A stretch of DNA of 44,100 bases. Origin: Craspedostauros australis. Taxonomy: Eukaryota. The stretch's first letter is position 1. Each line of letters begins with the position of its first letter. Both the position numbers and the translations under genes were made by a program. Positions 12,143 through 22,300 of this stretch are shown in pieces. Location: positions 1 to 44,100 of the forward strand of contig JALAGF010006593.1 in the NCBI GenBank assembly GCA_030167865.1, given 5' to 3'. The notes beneath the pieces were generated by a model. It was given only the letters and a program-made list of their open reading frames with translations, was not told where the DNA came from and made no database searches.

Positions 12143-13516
12143 ATGAAGCTCAACCTCACCATCATCCTTGTCATCTCCTTCTGCCTCGCGGCCAGCGCCT
12201 TCGGCGTCAACCCGCAGCAGCCCACCGTCAAAAAGGTCGCCACCGTGGACTCCGTCCCAAGCGCCTTCCGCAAGGATTCCGCCGTCGTGCAGAGCCGCCT
12301 CTTCCGTGATGTCAACAAGGTCCGCGGAGGTGCCGTCCCAGGATGGGCCGCCTACAACCGCGCCCTCGAGGACAGCCCACTGATCGCCAAGGCATGCACC
12401 TCCCTCGTCGGATGGGCCCTCGGTGATCTTCTCACCCAGGTGCGTTCATATCCTGTCTTCATCTCATTTTTGTTATTTTTGCGATTCTTTTGCATGCGCA
12501 ATCGCGGGAGCTTTCATGTCGTGCTTTGAATCCATCCTGGCTCTGCCCTTGATGCGGTCGTGGAGACTGGGGCAGATTACTCTGCAAGGAATGCGCATGA
12601 AGTGGCACTGGCTCATTCGTGTTGTCCACTGAGCGGCGTTCCCACTTGTACCATCCACATCACCACCACATCCTCACAACTGCTTGTCATCTCTCAATTT
12701 TGCCATCACACCAACAAATCAACGCGACTCGCCTGGCCTCACTCTCGCACACAACTATTACATGGCAAAATACATGTCTCTCTTTGCATCATGCAAATTA
12801 CAGTTCTTCCTCAGCAACGCCGCCTTCGACATGAAGCGTTTCATCACCCTTTCCCTTTTCGGATTCCTCTACCACGGACCATCTGGACACTACTTCTACA
12901 ACTGGTTGGACAGCAAAGTTGAGGGAACCGATGGAAAGTCTGTTGCCATGAAGGTCGCCTTCGACCAGATCATCTGGTGGTACGTACCTGCGAGCAGACT
13001 CTTGGGTCTCTCTCGTGTCTCTGCTCTCACATTTGGCTCATTCCCGGTCCAGGTCGAGGAGTGTGGGCTGCATTGTTTGCCGATCCCAATGCAGCAGCAG
13101 CGATCCAGGGCGACTCTCTTGTTGGATTGCGCCTCTCGCCGAATTGTCCTTGAACTTGTATTCTCACCGCTTTCGCGTTGCACTGCATCCTATTCCATTC
13201 CATTCTCTCTCGCCAACGCAAACGTGGAAATCAAAACAATGACAATAACGACAACAACACTACAAACAACAATGACAGCCCACTCTTCATGACCGTCTTC
13301 TTCACATACCTTGGAGTTGTCAACGGCGACTCCTTCTCCGCCATCGGAAACAAGATCAAGAACGACCTCCTCGCAGCTTGCCAGGGATCATGGAAGGTTT
13401 GGCCAATCGTGCACGCCGTCAACTTCAGATTCATCTCCACAAAGCACCGATTGGTCTTCATCAACGGTGTCCAGATCGCCTTCAACATGTTCCTCTCCCT
13501 CATTGGAAACAAGTAA
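12143..13516 (+). CDS. Mpv17/PMP22 family membrane protein with bipartite (signal + ASA-F transit) presequence, 3 exons, 236 aa
   Basis: Exons 12143-12439, 12804-12979 and 13279-13516; introns GTGCGT..CAG and GTACGT..CAG. The joins give PLIAKACTSLVGWALGDLLTQ|FF..., KVAFDQIIWC|PLF and WKVWPIVHAVNFRFI, typical Mpv17 motifs. N-terminus MKLNLTIILVISFCLAASA-FG. Confidence 0.9.
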
Positions 13517-13972
13517 ATTTGGATGGATTGATGTCATCGCATGCATCTTCAGAGGTGCACTCGTGTGCGTACTCGTAGGGTATTCAACGACTCGTCAATG
13601 CCAACACCAACATGGACGTCCTTGCTTTTCGTCTCTTCGTGATGGGAAACCGCCGAAACGACGGCCTCAACAACTCGTGGAGAACGAGGAACAAGGCAAC
13701 GATCGTGCTTCCGCTCGGATAACACTGGTAGTGATCATGCACAACAACACCAAAAGCAACAGCGCCACATCACTCATGCCACTGGGGCAAGCGCAAGAGG
13801 GATACTCGTCATTCCTTCACAGTACCAGTACAATACAACACTACACTTGTAATTGATATTAGCGAGACCCAACCGAGCCAGCGCACATCCACAACTTCGC
13901 ACGCATTCTTGTCATCCATCCACTCATTCATTCGTTGCTTGATACGTTTGTCCATTCATCACCACGCGTTGG

Positions 13973-16717
13973 TCACACCTCGAAAGCTTCCGAATACAGC
14001 TCACAGTTGGATTGTGCGTCCACGTATGTCTTCATCACCTTCATCAATGGCGCTGGTGCGCAACAGAACACCCCGACATCGCGGCTCGTCCCAACTTCTG
14101 CCAACAACGTTTGCAAGGATGGGCGGCCGTCGGTGTGCATCGTGATTGCGACACACGGCCTCGTTGCGGACGTGTCAAGTCTCTGCCCTTCTTCGGCGTC
14201 CGCATCCTCGTCGTGAGGTGTATTCCATTCATTTCCAGATGATGGCAATGGCGACAGCTCGATGCTTTGTTCTGCGGTTGCTGCCGACGCGAGAAGGTTA
14301 CCATCCGGGCTGCCAAGCACGTATGCGTCCGCATTCCAATCCATCCACAGCGATGACGCATCCGTGCGCTTGGCGACGCGATACAGTATGCTGGAGGAAA
14401 TCACGCTGACAATCCCGACGACCGTGATTCCATAAATGCGTTGGGACACTTCGTCTTTCTTTTGAACGTGTATGTAGAAGTGCCACAGAATCCACGTTCC
14501 AATCCATCCCGTGACGACGAAGGATACTATCAAGAAGATGTTTTGTGACATGGAGCTGCTGTACGCATTCGAGAAGTAGGACGCTTCGAATGGTACAGCA
14601 ACGTTGCCAATGTTGCGATGGATATCATTGCTCGCTTTCTTCTTGGATTGATCACCACCTTCTTCGGATGGATCATCGAGGAAGGCGTCGTGAGTTGGCA
14701 ATTCCTCCCCATGGCGTTGGCTGCCGTCGGTTCCGCCCAATCCATTCGATGATGCTGATGGCGACGATGTCGTGTTGTGAATGTGGACTTCGATGGAGAA
14801 CCTGGATGCTGCGCCGTGCATGTCATCATGATCCTGATGCTTCCTCAGCGAATCGAAATACTCGCTTTGGACATGCTTGATCAACGCAACGTCACGACAC
14901 ATCCAGTGCAAGATGACCTTGTGTGACCGTTGGCGTAATCGATTGTTACCTGCACGAGATGGTGCTGTAGATGCCGGCTCCTGTTCCTGTTGTTGTTGAT
15001 GATGATAACGATGATGGTACTTGGCGACCTCTTGCAACAGCGACAGGTACGGCGTGATGCCAATCCCACCAGCCACCATCACGACTACGTCATGCGCCAA
15101 CATCTGTTCCAACCGGTTGGAACCACCATGAAAGCCATCGATGTAAATGCGCGGCATTGTCAAAGCACCGTGCACATTGCTGCCGTCGCTGTCACCGCAG
15201 AGCGTCAAAAGTTGCTTGGTGAATGGACCCGTGGCGCGGAAGATGATTTGCAAGTTGGTAGGTTCAGATACTGTGGCAACCTCGTCATCACTGTTGGCGT
15301 TGCTGCTGCAGTATTCTCCGCTGTCGTCGCTGTTTGCTGATGACGATGTCGCCGCCATGCCTGAAGTGTTTGCGTTTTCTTCGACGCGGTTGACGGTGAA
15401 CGGATGACTGATCCAAGAGATGCCAGGTGCATGCAATCGGATATGCGCTCCTGGGTAGTACATGTGCCACGCGCGTTCGGTCGCTGCAAACTTGAGGCTG
15501 ACGCACGCATGCCCATGGTTCGATGGAAGAATCTTTGTGGCAACGATCTGAATCGGCGCAGCTGACGTGCCAAAAATCGTTCTCGTGCTGGATTGGATCC
15601 AGCTGGGAACGCTCGTGACGAGATAGTAGAACAGTCCAGGAGCGAAGTAGAGAACCGCCTTGTTGTAGTGCAGAATCATCATGATGAGCGCCAGCGGTGC
15701 GGCGACCACATGGCACCCGTAGAACAAGGCATAGGATGTTCTGCGGATCGGGCCCACGCTCGTGAGTGTCAGAGCGAGCATGCACAGGACTGCCAAGAAA
15801 CCCGTCATGTTGCGAAATAGATTGTAGCAGGAACACGCCGTGTCTGGGTCATGGCACGTCGGTTGGAATGGTTCGGCGGCACCATCGACGTCGCCAGAAT
15901 TGCTGGACCATTTCCAGCACGGTCCCGGCGGCACGACCATGTAGAGCAACGATTCGTGAGCGATCCATACCCACCGCATGATGTGGAAGATGCCGTGCGT
16001 GGCCGTTCCGATGACCACGATCCGTCCCGTCCAAACATGAACTGCTGCGAAGGATATTGGGTCCCATCCATACAACGAGAGGAATGTGGAATGCTTGGTC
16101 ACAGGAATGAACAGAATGGATCCAGCCACCAGCGCCATGACGCCGAACGCATTCCCGATGTGATCCAACTTGGAATCCATCGACCTGTCGTTGCTGCCGG
16201 CCAGATGCCGATGAATGTTACCGGCCGCGCAAATGGCGCAAGGCACAGCCACGAACCAAAACGTCTGCTTGTTCCAGTTGGGATCCGATTGCTTGGCCAT
16301 ATTCCTTTCGCTGCCACTGTCACTATGGCTGTGCCGGCTGCGGCGATGCAGATATCGGGTCCACATCCGCAGAATACAAGCCGGACAAATGATTGCAAGC
16401 ACGACATGGGGCCGCCTTGACGCGGCTGATGACTGCTGCTGATGAACTTGATGATGGGATGGATTCCCCCATCCGCGCTTGCGGACCGTCAACACAGCAG
16501 ACGTTGTGGCTGCCATCAAGAGAGGGAAGATGAGCGAGAGCAGAAGGACGCCGCCCTTGACAGTGTTGCTGTCGGAGGTGCGAAAGATCGTTGCGCTCAA
16601 TTCCTTGTACGCCTTCTTGCCACCGTACATTCCACCAAAGATGGCAAAGCATAGCATCCAGACGAAGCAGGCGGCGCAGGTGAACCTGGCGACAGCATGT
16701 TGGTTGATGGCAGCCAT
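13973..16717 (-). CDS. Ferric reductase-like transmembrane flavocytochrome (FRE/FRO, NOX superfamily)
   Basis: Haem His pairs HVWTGRIVVIGTATH and HVVAAPLALIMMILH; FAD motif SHPFT; NADPH motifs VMVAGGIGITP and LHWMCR; C-terminal EAFEV. The track start (17011) is TTG; ATG 16717 (MAAINQH) chosen because it precedes the first hydrophobic helix. Confidence 0.9.
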   Translation of the reverse strand: MAAINQHAVARFTCAACFVWMLCFAIFGGMYGGKKAYKELSATIFRTSDSNTVKGGVLLLSLIFPLLMAATTSAVLTVRKRGWGNPSHHQVHQQQSSAASRRPHVVLAIICPACILRMWTRYLHRRSRHSHSDSGSERNMAKQSDPNWNKQTFWFVAVPCAICAAGNIHRHLAGSNDRSMDSKLDHIGNAFGVMALVAGSILFIPVTKHSTFLSLYGWDPISFAAVHVWTGRIVVIGTATHGIFHIMRWVWIAHESLLYMVVPPGPCWKWSSNSGDVDGAAEPFQPTCHDPDTACSCYNLFRNMTGFLAVLCMLALTLTSVGPIRRTSYALFYGCHVVAAPLALIMMILHYNKAVLYFAPGLFYYLVTSVPSWIQSSTRTIFGTSAAPIQIVATKILPSNHGHACVSLKFAATERAWHMYYPGAHIRLHAPGISWISHPFTVNRVEENANTSGMAATSSSANSDDSGEYCSSNANSDDEVATVSEPTNLQIIFRATGPFTKQLLTLCGDSDGSNVHGALTMPRIYIDGFHGGSNRLEQMLAHDVVVMVAGGIGITPYLSLLQEVAKYHHRYHHQQQQEQEPASTAPSRAGNNRLRQRSHKVILHWMCRDVALIKHVQSEYFDSLRKHQDHDDMHGAASRFSIEVHIHNTTSSPSASSNGLGGTDGSQRHGEELPTHDAFLDDPSEEGGDQSKKKASNDIHRNIGNVAVPFEASYFSNAYSSSMSQNIFLIVSFVVTGWIGTWILWHFYIHVQKKDEVSQRIYGITVVGIVSVISSSILYRVAKRTDASSLWMDWNADAYVLGSPDGNLLASAATAEQSIELSPLPSSGNEWNTPHDEDADAEEGQRLDTSATRPCVAITMHTDGRPSLQTLLAEVGTSRDVGVFCCAPAPLMKVMKTYVDAQSNCELYSEAFEV

Positions 16718-17410
16718 GGCTCTGGAGAGAATGGTACAATGTAATGGCTCGGATGCGATCTCTGTCGCCAAGTGGACCGACGTGCGAACCCGTCCTTCCT
16801 TCCTGTTTCTCTTCCTTGCGTTCCCACTCGTGGCCTCTTGCTTGGCTGGTCGACGGATCGATCGTGTGCGATTATGAGTATGATCTGATAGCCGTTGTTG
16901 AGGCTGTCGCTGCTGTTCGTTGCCAGCCACCAACGTGCGCTGCCGATCCACGAGATGTTGTGGAGGTGGTCTTGTTTGGCTTCGCATGTGCGATTCGATT
17001 GGTGATGCCAAACGAAAACGGATGCGATCTCATCTCCGGTGTCTGTTTGCAACTGGCGAAAATGAATTCTTGTTCGTAGTGGTCATACATGACTAATCTT
17101 TCATGATTTGATGTGGTCGCTTGAATCGATTGTCGCAGAGACATGTGTCGGATGCAAAATTTGAATTTCCAAGCTTGACCACGAGCGAATTTTGGACGAA
17201 TCGCTCCCTTCCCTTGTCCCACGAAGAGAGACACCGTGGAGGTGTTCCACCGTGGCGCGGCGGCCGTGGATCGTGCTCATTCAAGTCTTGAGGTCAGAAC
17301 ACCTCCGGAAGCACGCTGTTGTATCGGAGGGATGTTCTTGCGATACCAAGAGATCTGAAATCCTCCGCGCATTGACTGTCGCAACGGCAGCAACTGAAGG
17401 AGCACACACG

Positions 17411-18970
17411 ATGAGCAGTCTTCGCGGTTTGCCCAGCGTGGATGATGACTTGTGCAATTCGGACGACACGGATGATCTGAGCAGCATCGGCAGCATCGAC
17501 AGCATCGACAGCGTGAGCAACAGGGACAGCAGGGACAGCAGGGACAACATGGGCAACAGAGACGAGAAGAAGATGCACGCCAGCATGCCTGATGACGACA
17601 GCGAGGACGAGGCATTCCGCCGCCGCGATCAGCACGAGATCCGGAGGCTGCCGCAGGACGATCCGCACGTTCGCGATTTGCGCTCGTCGTTGCAATTCGC
17701 CGTCATTCAGATCACAGCGGCGGAGGATCAGAAGCACGGGACGAAGATGAGCTCGCGCGCCATCCAGGCCCTTTCGGAGCTCACGTTTCAGTACGCCACC
17801 ACCTGCTTGGCCAACGATCTGCAGTCCTTCTCGGACCACGCCGGACGCAAGAGGACCATCAACGTCGAGGATGTGCAGCTGGTGGCACGGAAGAATCCGG
17901 CCATCTCGCAGCGTCTGGGAGACTTCTGCCGCAACAACCTGCACCGCTACTCCACGGTGTCGCACGGTCATGGACTCGCGCTGGCAGCTTCGGCAGATGG
18001 GGTTGCGGAGGGCTCTGCACCAGGTGGGTTCGGTGTCGCGAAGGCATCCAAAAAGCGCAAGTCTTCTCCACCTTCACGTGGGAGGAGCAACAGCAGGGCG
18101 ACCTTGGGACGCGACAAAAGCAACAGTAGAAGTAGAAGCAGGAGTAGGAGTGCGAACAGAAATAGAAGCAGGAGCAGAAGCCTGAGCGGCGAGAGAAGGT
18201 CGCCTTCGTCGAGGTCGCTCAATCTCATGGGCGACATCCAGTACCAGGCATCCACATCTTCCAGCTCGTCTTCCTCTGACGATGACAGCCTGGACAGCAT
18301 TAGCAGCAAGCCAAAGAAGCCCCGCACGGACGATCACAACAAGTCAAGGAAGACCAAACGCGCATCGTGGCACAAAGCGGCATTCCGTCAACAAGACAGC
18401 AGCAGCAGCAGTAGTGGCGACAGCGACGTCGGCAATGATTCCGAGATCCAGATCATTTCCACGCCGTCACCGCCCAAGGCCGGTGCTGATGGCGCCAGCA
18501 GAGAAAGAGAGGGTGGCAAGAAACGACCTACGTCGTCGCTTTCACCAACGTGCAGTTCTTCGTTGTCGCCCCTTCTGGAAGAACGTGGTGCGCGACGAAC
18601 TTCCTCAAGCGCCGGTGCACGTGCCCCTTCCTCGCGTGACAAACGGCGCAAATCGTCGACGGCAGCATCGGGGACGGTGGACATGCTCCTGGTCGATTCT
18701 GACGACGAAGACGATACTAATACTCATGGCGATACCCGCAGCAAGGGAACTTCTACCAATGGTTCCAAGCAGTCAGGAACGACAAAAGCGGCAGGTACCG
18801 ACCCCTTCCAGAACACGGAGAGCGAAAGCGAATCTCATTGGGACAAGCCTCGCCCGCGTGATACCAGCAGTAAGAAACGCAAACAGGAGACGCTTGGCCA
18901 CACTGATCATGCAACAAATGCACCTCGGCAGCGTGCCATTGAAGATGACTCCGAATCAGAAGACTCCTGA
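17411..18970 (+). CDS. CENP-S/MHF1-like histone-fold protein with long Ser/Arg-rich disordered tail, 519 aa
   Basis: First ATG in the ORF at 17411. LRSSLQFAVIQI...MSSRAIQALSELTFQY...LANDLQSFSDHAGRKRTINVEDVQLVARKNP matches the CENP-S signature (DLE.FA.HA.R.TI..EDV.L.AR.N). Confidence 0.8.
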   Translation: MSSLRGLPSVDDDLCNSDDTDDLSSIGSIDSIDSVSNRDSRDSRDNMGNRDEKKMHASMPDDDSEDEAFRRRDQHEIRRLPQDDPHVRDLRSSLQFAVIQITAAEDQKHGTKMSSRAIQALSELTFQYATTCLANDLQSFSDHAGRKRTINVEDVQLVARKNPAISQRLGDFCRNNLHRYSTVSHGHGLALAASADGVAEGSAPGGFGVAKASKKRKSSPPSRGRSNSRATLGRDKSNSRSRSRSRSANRNRSRSRSLSGERRSPSSRSLNLMGDIQYQASTSSSSSSSDDDSLDSISSKPKKPRTDDHNKSRKTKRASWHKAAFRQQDSSSSSSGDSDVGNDSEIQIISTPSPPKAGADGASREREGGKKRPTSSLSPTCSSSLSPLLEERGARRTSSSAGARAPSSRDKRRKSSTAASGTVDMLLVDSDDEDDTNTHGDTRSKGTSTNGSKQSGTTKAAGTDPFQNTESESESHWDKPRPRDTSSKKRKQETLGHTDHATNAPRQRAIEDDSESEDS

Positions 18971-19343
18971 GTGTCGCTCATGGCACACAAGGAGATGGAG
19001 GCGCACAGTTTTGACATTGCTCTCTCTATCGAGAAACGCACGTGTCGGTTGGCATGTGTGCCATAATAGAGTCTTATCTTTAGATTGCATCTCGTAATGT
19101 TCAACGATCAAGGACCTTCCAAGCAGGCGCATTAGTATGTTGCCATTGGAGGGATCCTCCCGACAATGGCCGCCAACGCACCATGCATACCTGCTCTCAA
19201 CACTGCGACTTGCGGCCGAGTTAAAGTGCGGCTGGATGTGCCAGTCTGCGTACTTCGATTTCAAATCATTGGAGTCGTTACCGCTATCGCATCGAAACGC
19301 TGCCTATCTCCCGGAAACATGTACTATTCTATATGAACGTACT

Positions 19344-22300
19344 CTACATCATTGTGACTTTGTACTCCGCTTGCATCTTGATGTTGACGAGGCTGTATGT
19401 GCCGTCCTCCCGTCGGTTTAGCCGCCAGTCCGTGGGCCCGGTCTTCCCAGTTTGGCCAGACTCCTCAACCCAAACATGCTGGACACCTGTTGGGTCAGTT
19501 ACGACGCGCCTGTCACCGCGTGGGTGGAGTCGCGCAAGTAGAACAGGCGTTGACTGCTTGGCACGTTTCCGGCGCTGCTTGGTTGCCGCTTGACTGGACT
19601 GCTGCTGATGTGGCTGCATCCCCTCCTCCTCCTCCTCCTTCTCCTCCTTCTGCGGCTGTTGCCGTCGTTTCTTTGCTTCAGGTTTCCGTGGCTCCACTTG
19701 CTGTACCTCTCCTGTCTGCGTGGATTTCGCGGCTTGCCGTGTCGGTTCATCGGCGACCTTGGGGGGACCACCAGGCGAATCCTTTGCAGGTTGTTTTTTC
19801 GCAGGCATCTTCTTCGCCGCGGGTTTCCGTGGTTCGATTTGCTGTGTCTGTGCTGCCTGCATAGGCGTGGTGGTCTGTCGTTCAGCTTCAACGGCAACTT
19901 TGTGTTGGCGAGCAGATGGTTGTTTCTCTTCGTCCTCTTGCTTCTGCTGCTGCCGTTTCTTTTCCACTGGTTTCCGTGGTTCCACTTGCCGTACCTGTTC
20001 TGTCTCTGTGGGTTGTGTGGTTAGTCGTGTCGGTTCATCGGCAACCTTGCGTCGACCAGCAGATGGTTCCTTTGCAGGTATCTTCTTTGCTACGGATTTC
20101 TGTGGTTCCACTTGCCGCACCTGTTCTGTCTGCGTAGGTTTTGCGTCTTGTTGCGTCGATTCATCTGCAACCTTGCGTCGACCAGCAGATGGTTCCTTCG
20201 CAGGTATCTTCTTCGCAGGTATCTTCTTTGCTGATATCTTCTTTGCTGCAGGTTTCTGTGGTTCCACTTGCTGTGCCTGTTCTATCAGCGGAGGTTTCGC
20301 GTCTTGTTGTGTCGATTCATCTGCAACCTTGCGTCGACCAGCAGATGGTTCCTTTGAAGGTGTCTTCTTTGCAGGTATCTTCTTTGCCGAGCGTTTCCGT
20401 GGCTCCACTTGCTGTACCTCTCCTGTCTGTGTGGATTTCGCGGCTTGCCGTGTCGGTTCATCGGCGACCTTGGGAGGACCAACAGATGGTTCCTTTGCAG
20501 GTATCTTCTTTGCTGCGAGTTTCTGTGGTTCCACTTGCCGTACCTGTTCTATCTCTGTGGGTTGCGCGGCTTGTCGTGTCGGTCCATCTGCAACCTTGCG
20601 TCGACCAACAGGTTTCTTCTTTGCAGGTATCTTCTTTGCCGAGCGTTTCCGCGGTTCCACTTGCTGTGCCTGTTCTATCTCCGTGGGTTGCGCGGCTTGG
20701 CGTGCCGGTTCATCGGCAACCTTGCGTCGACCAACAGGTTTCTTCTTTGCTGATATCTTCTTTGCTGCGGATTTCTGTGGTCCCACTTGCAGTACCTGTT
20801 CTGTCTGCGTAGGTTTCGCGTCTTGTTGTGTCGATTCATCTGCAACCTTGCGTCGACCAGCAGATGGTTCCTTTGCAGGCATCTTTTTTGCTGATATCTT
20901 CTTTGTCGCGGGTTTCCGCGGTTCCACTTGCTGCGCCTGCTCTATCTGCGCGGGTTTCGTGGCTTGTGATGTCGATTCATTGGCAGCCTTGCGTCGACCA
21001 GCAGGTTTCTTGTTCGCAGGTATCTTCTTTGCCGAGGGTTTCCGCGGTTCCACTTGCTGTGCCTGTTCTATCTGCGCGGGTTGCGCGACTTGTGATGTCG
21101 ATTCATTGGCAGCTTTGCGTCGACCAGCAGATGACTGTATCTTGCCCTCCTCTCCCTCTTTCTGCTGCTGTTGCCGTATCTTTGCTACGGAGTTCCTTGG
21201 TTCCACTGGCCGTACCCGTTCTGTCTGCATGGATTTCGCGTCTTGTTGTGTCGATTCATCGGCAACCTTGCGTCGACCAGCAGATGGTTCCTTTGCAGGT
21301 TGCTTCTTCGCAGGTATCTTGTTTGCTACAGGCTTCCGTGGGTCCACTGGCTGCACCTGTTCTGTCTGCGTAGCTTTCGCGGGTTGTCTTGTAGGTTCAT
21401 CGGCAACCTTGGGAGGACCAACAGATGGCTGCATCTTGTCCTCCTCCTGCTGCTGCTTTTGCTGGCGCTGTGGTTCCTTTCCTGCCGGTTTTCGTGATTC
21501 CACTGGCCGCACCTGTTCTGTCTGCGTAGATTTCGCGGGTTGTCTTGTAGGTTCATCGGCAACCTTGGGAGGACCAACAGATGGCTTCATCTTGTCCTCC
21601 TCCTGCTGCTGCTTCTGCTGGCGCTGTGGTTCCTTTGCTGCCGGATTTCGTGATTCCACTGGCCGCACCTGTTCTGTCTGCGTAGGTTTCGCGGGTTGTC
21701 GTGTCGGTTCATCAGCAAACTTGCGTTGGCGAGTGGATGGCTGCATCTTGTCCTCGTCCTCTTGCTCTTTCTGCTGTTGTTGCAGGAGCTTTGCTGCTGG
21801 GTGAGGTCGAGGTTCCACGTTCCGTGGCTCATCTATCTGCGTGACTTTCGCGACTTGTCGTGTCGGTTCATCGGCAACCTTGCGTTGGCGAGTGGATGGC
21901 TCCTTTGTACGTGGTTCCTTCGTTGCTGGGCGAAGTCGTGGTTGTGATTGTGGTTGCAATTCTGACGATATCGGTGATGAAGATGGCAGTTGCGACTGCG
22001 ACTGCAAGTCTGACGTTGGCGGCGGTGGTGGTTGCGCAAAGGAAGAGGGCAACATCAAATCCTCTTGGTACGTTTTCTTCACCATCTTCTTTGGATTTTG
22101 CAACCCCAGAGCGACCGAAGATTGCTGACTACTGGTCTGTCGTTGTTGTTGTTGCTGCTGCTGCGGTTCCATTCGTGTGGCCGTGTTGAGAGAGACCTGT
22201 GGTTCAATCTCCTTCCTCGCAATCGCCAAATCCTGCTCCGGTTGGGCTTCACCATTGTATTGCAGCGGTTGTTGTTGCTGCAATTCCACCGGATCATCGA

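Noticed and set aside
19720..21804. 694-aa Cys-rich ORF on the plus strand
   Set aside because: Antisense to the repeat array; a stop-free repeat unit propagates an open frame. Not considered a separate gene.
19624..21899. Repeat array as a possible CRISPR or satellite
   Set aside because: Units are degenerate, keep the reading frame and have no unique spacers; the context is eukaryotic with no cas genes.
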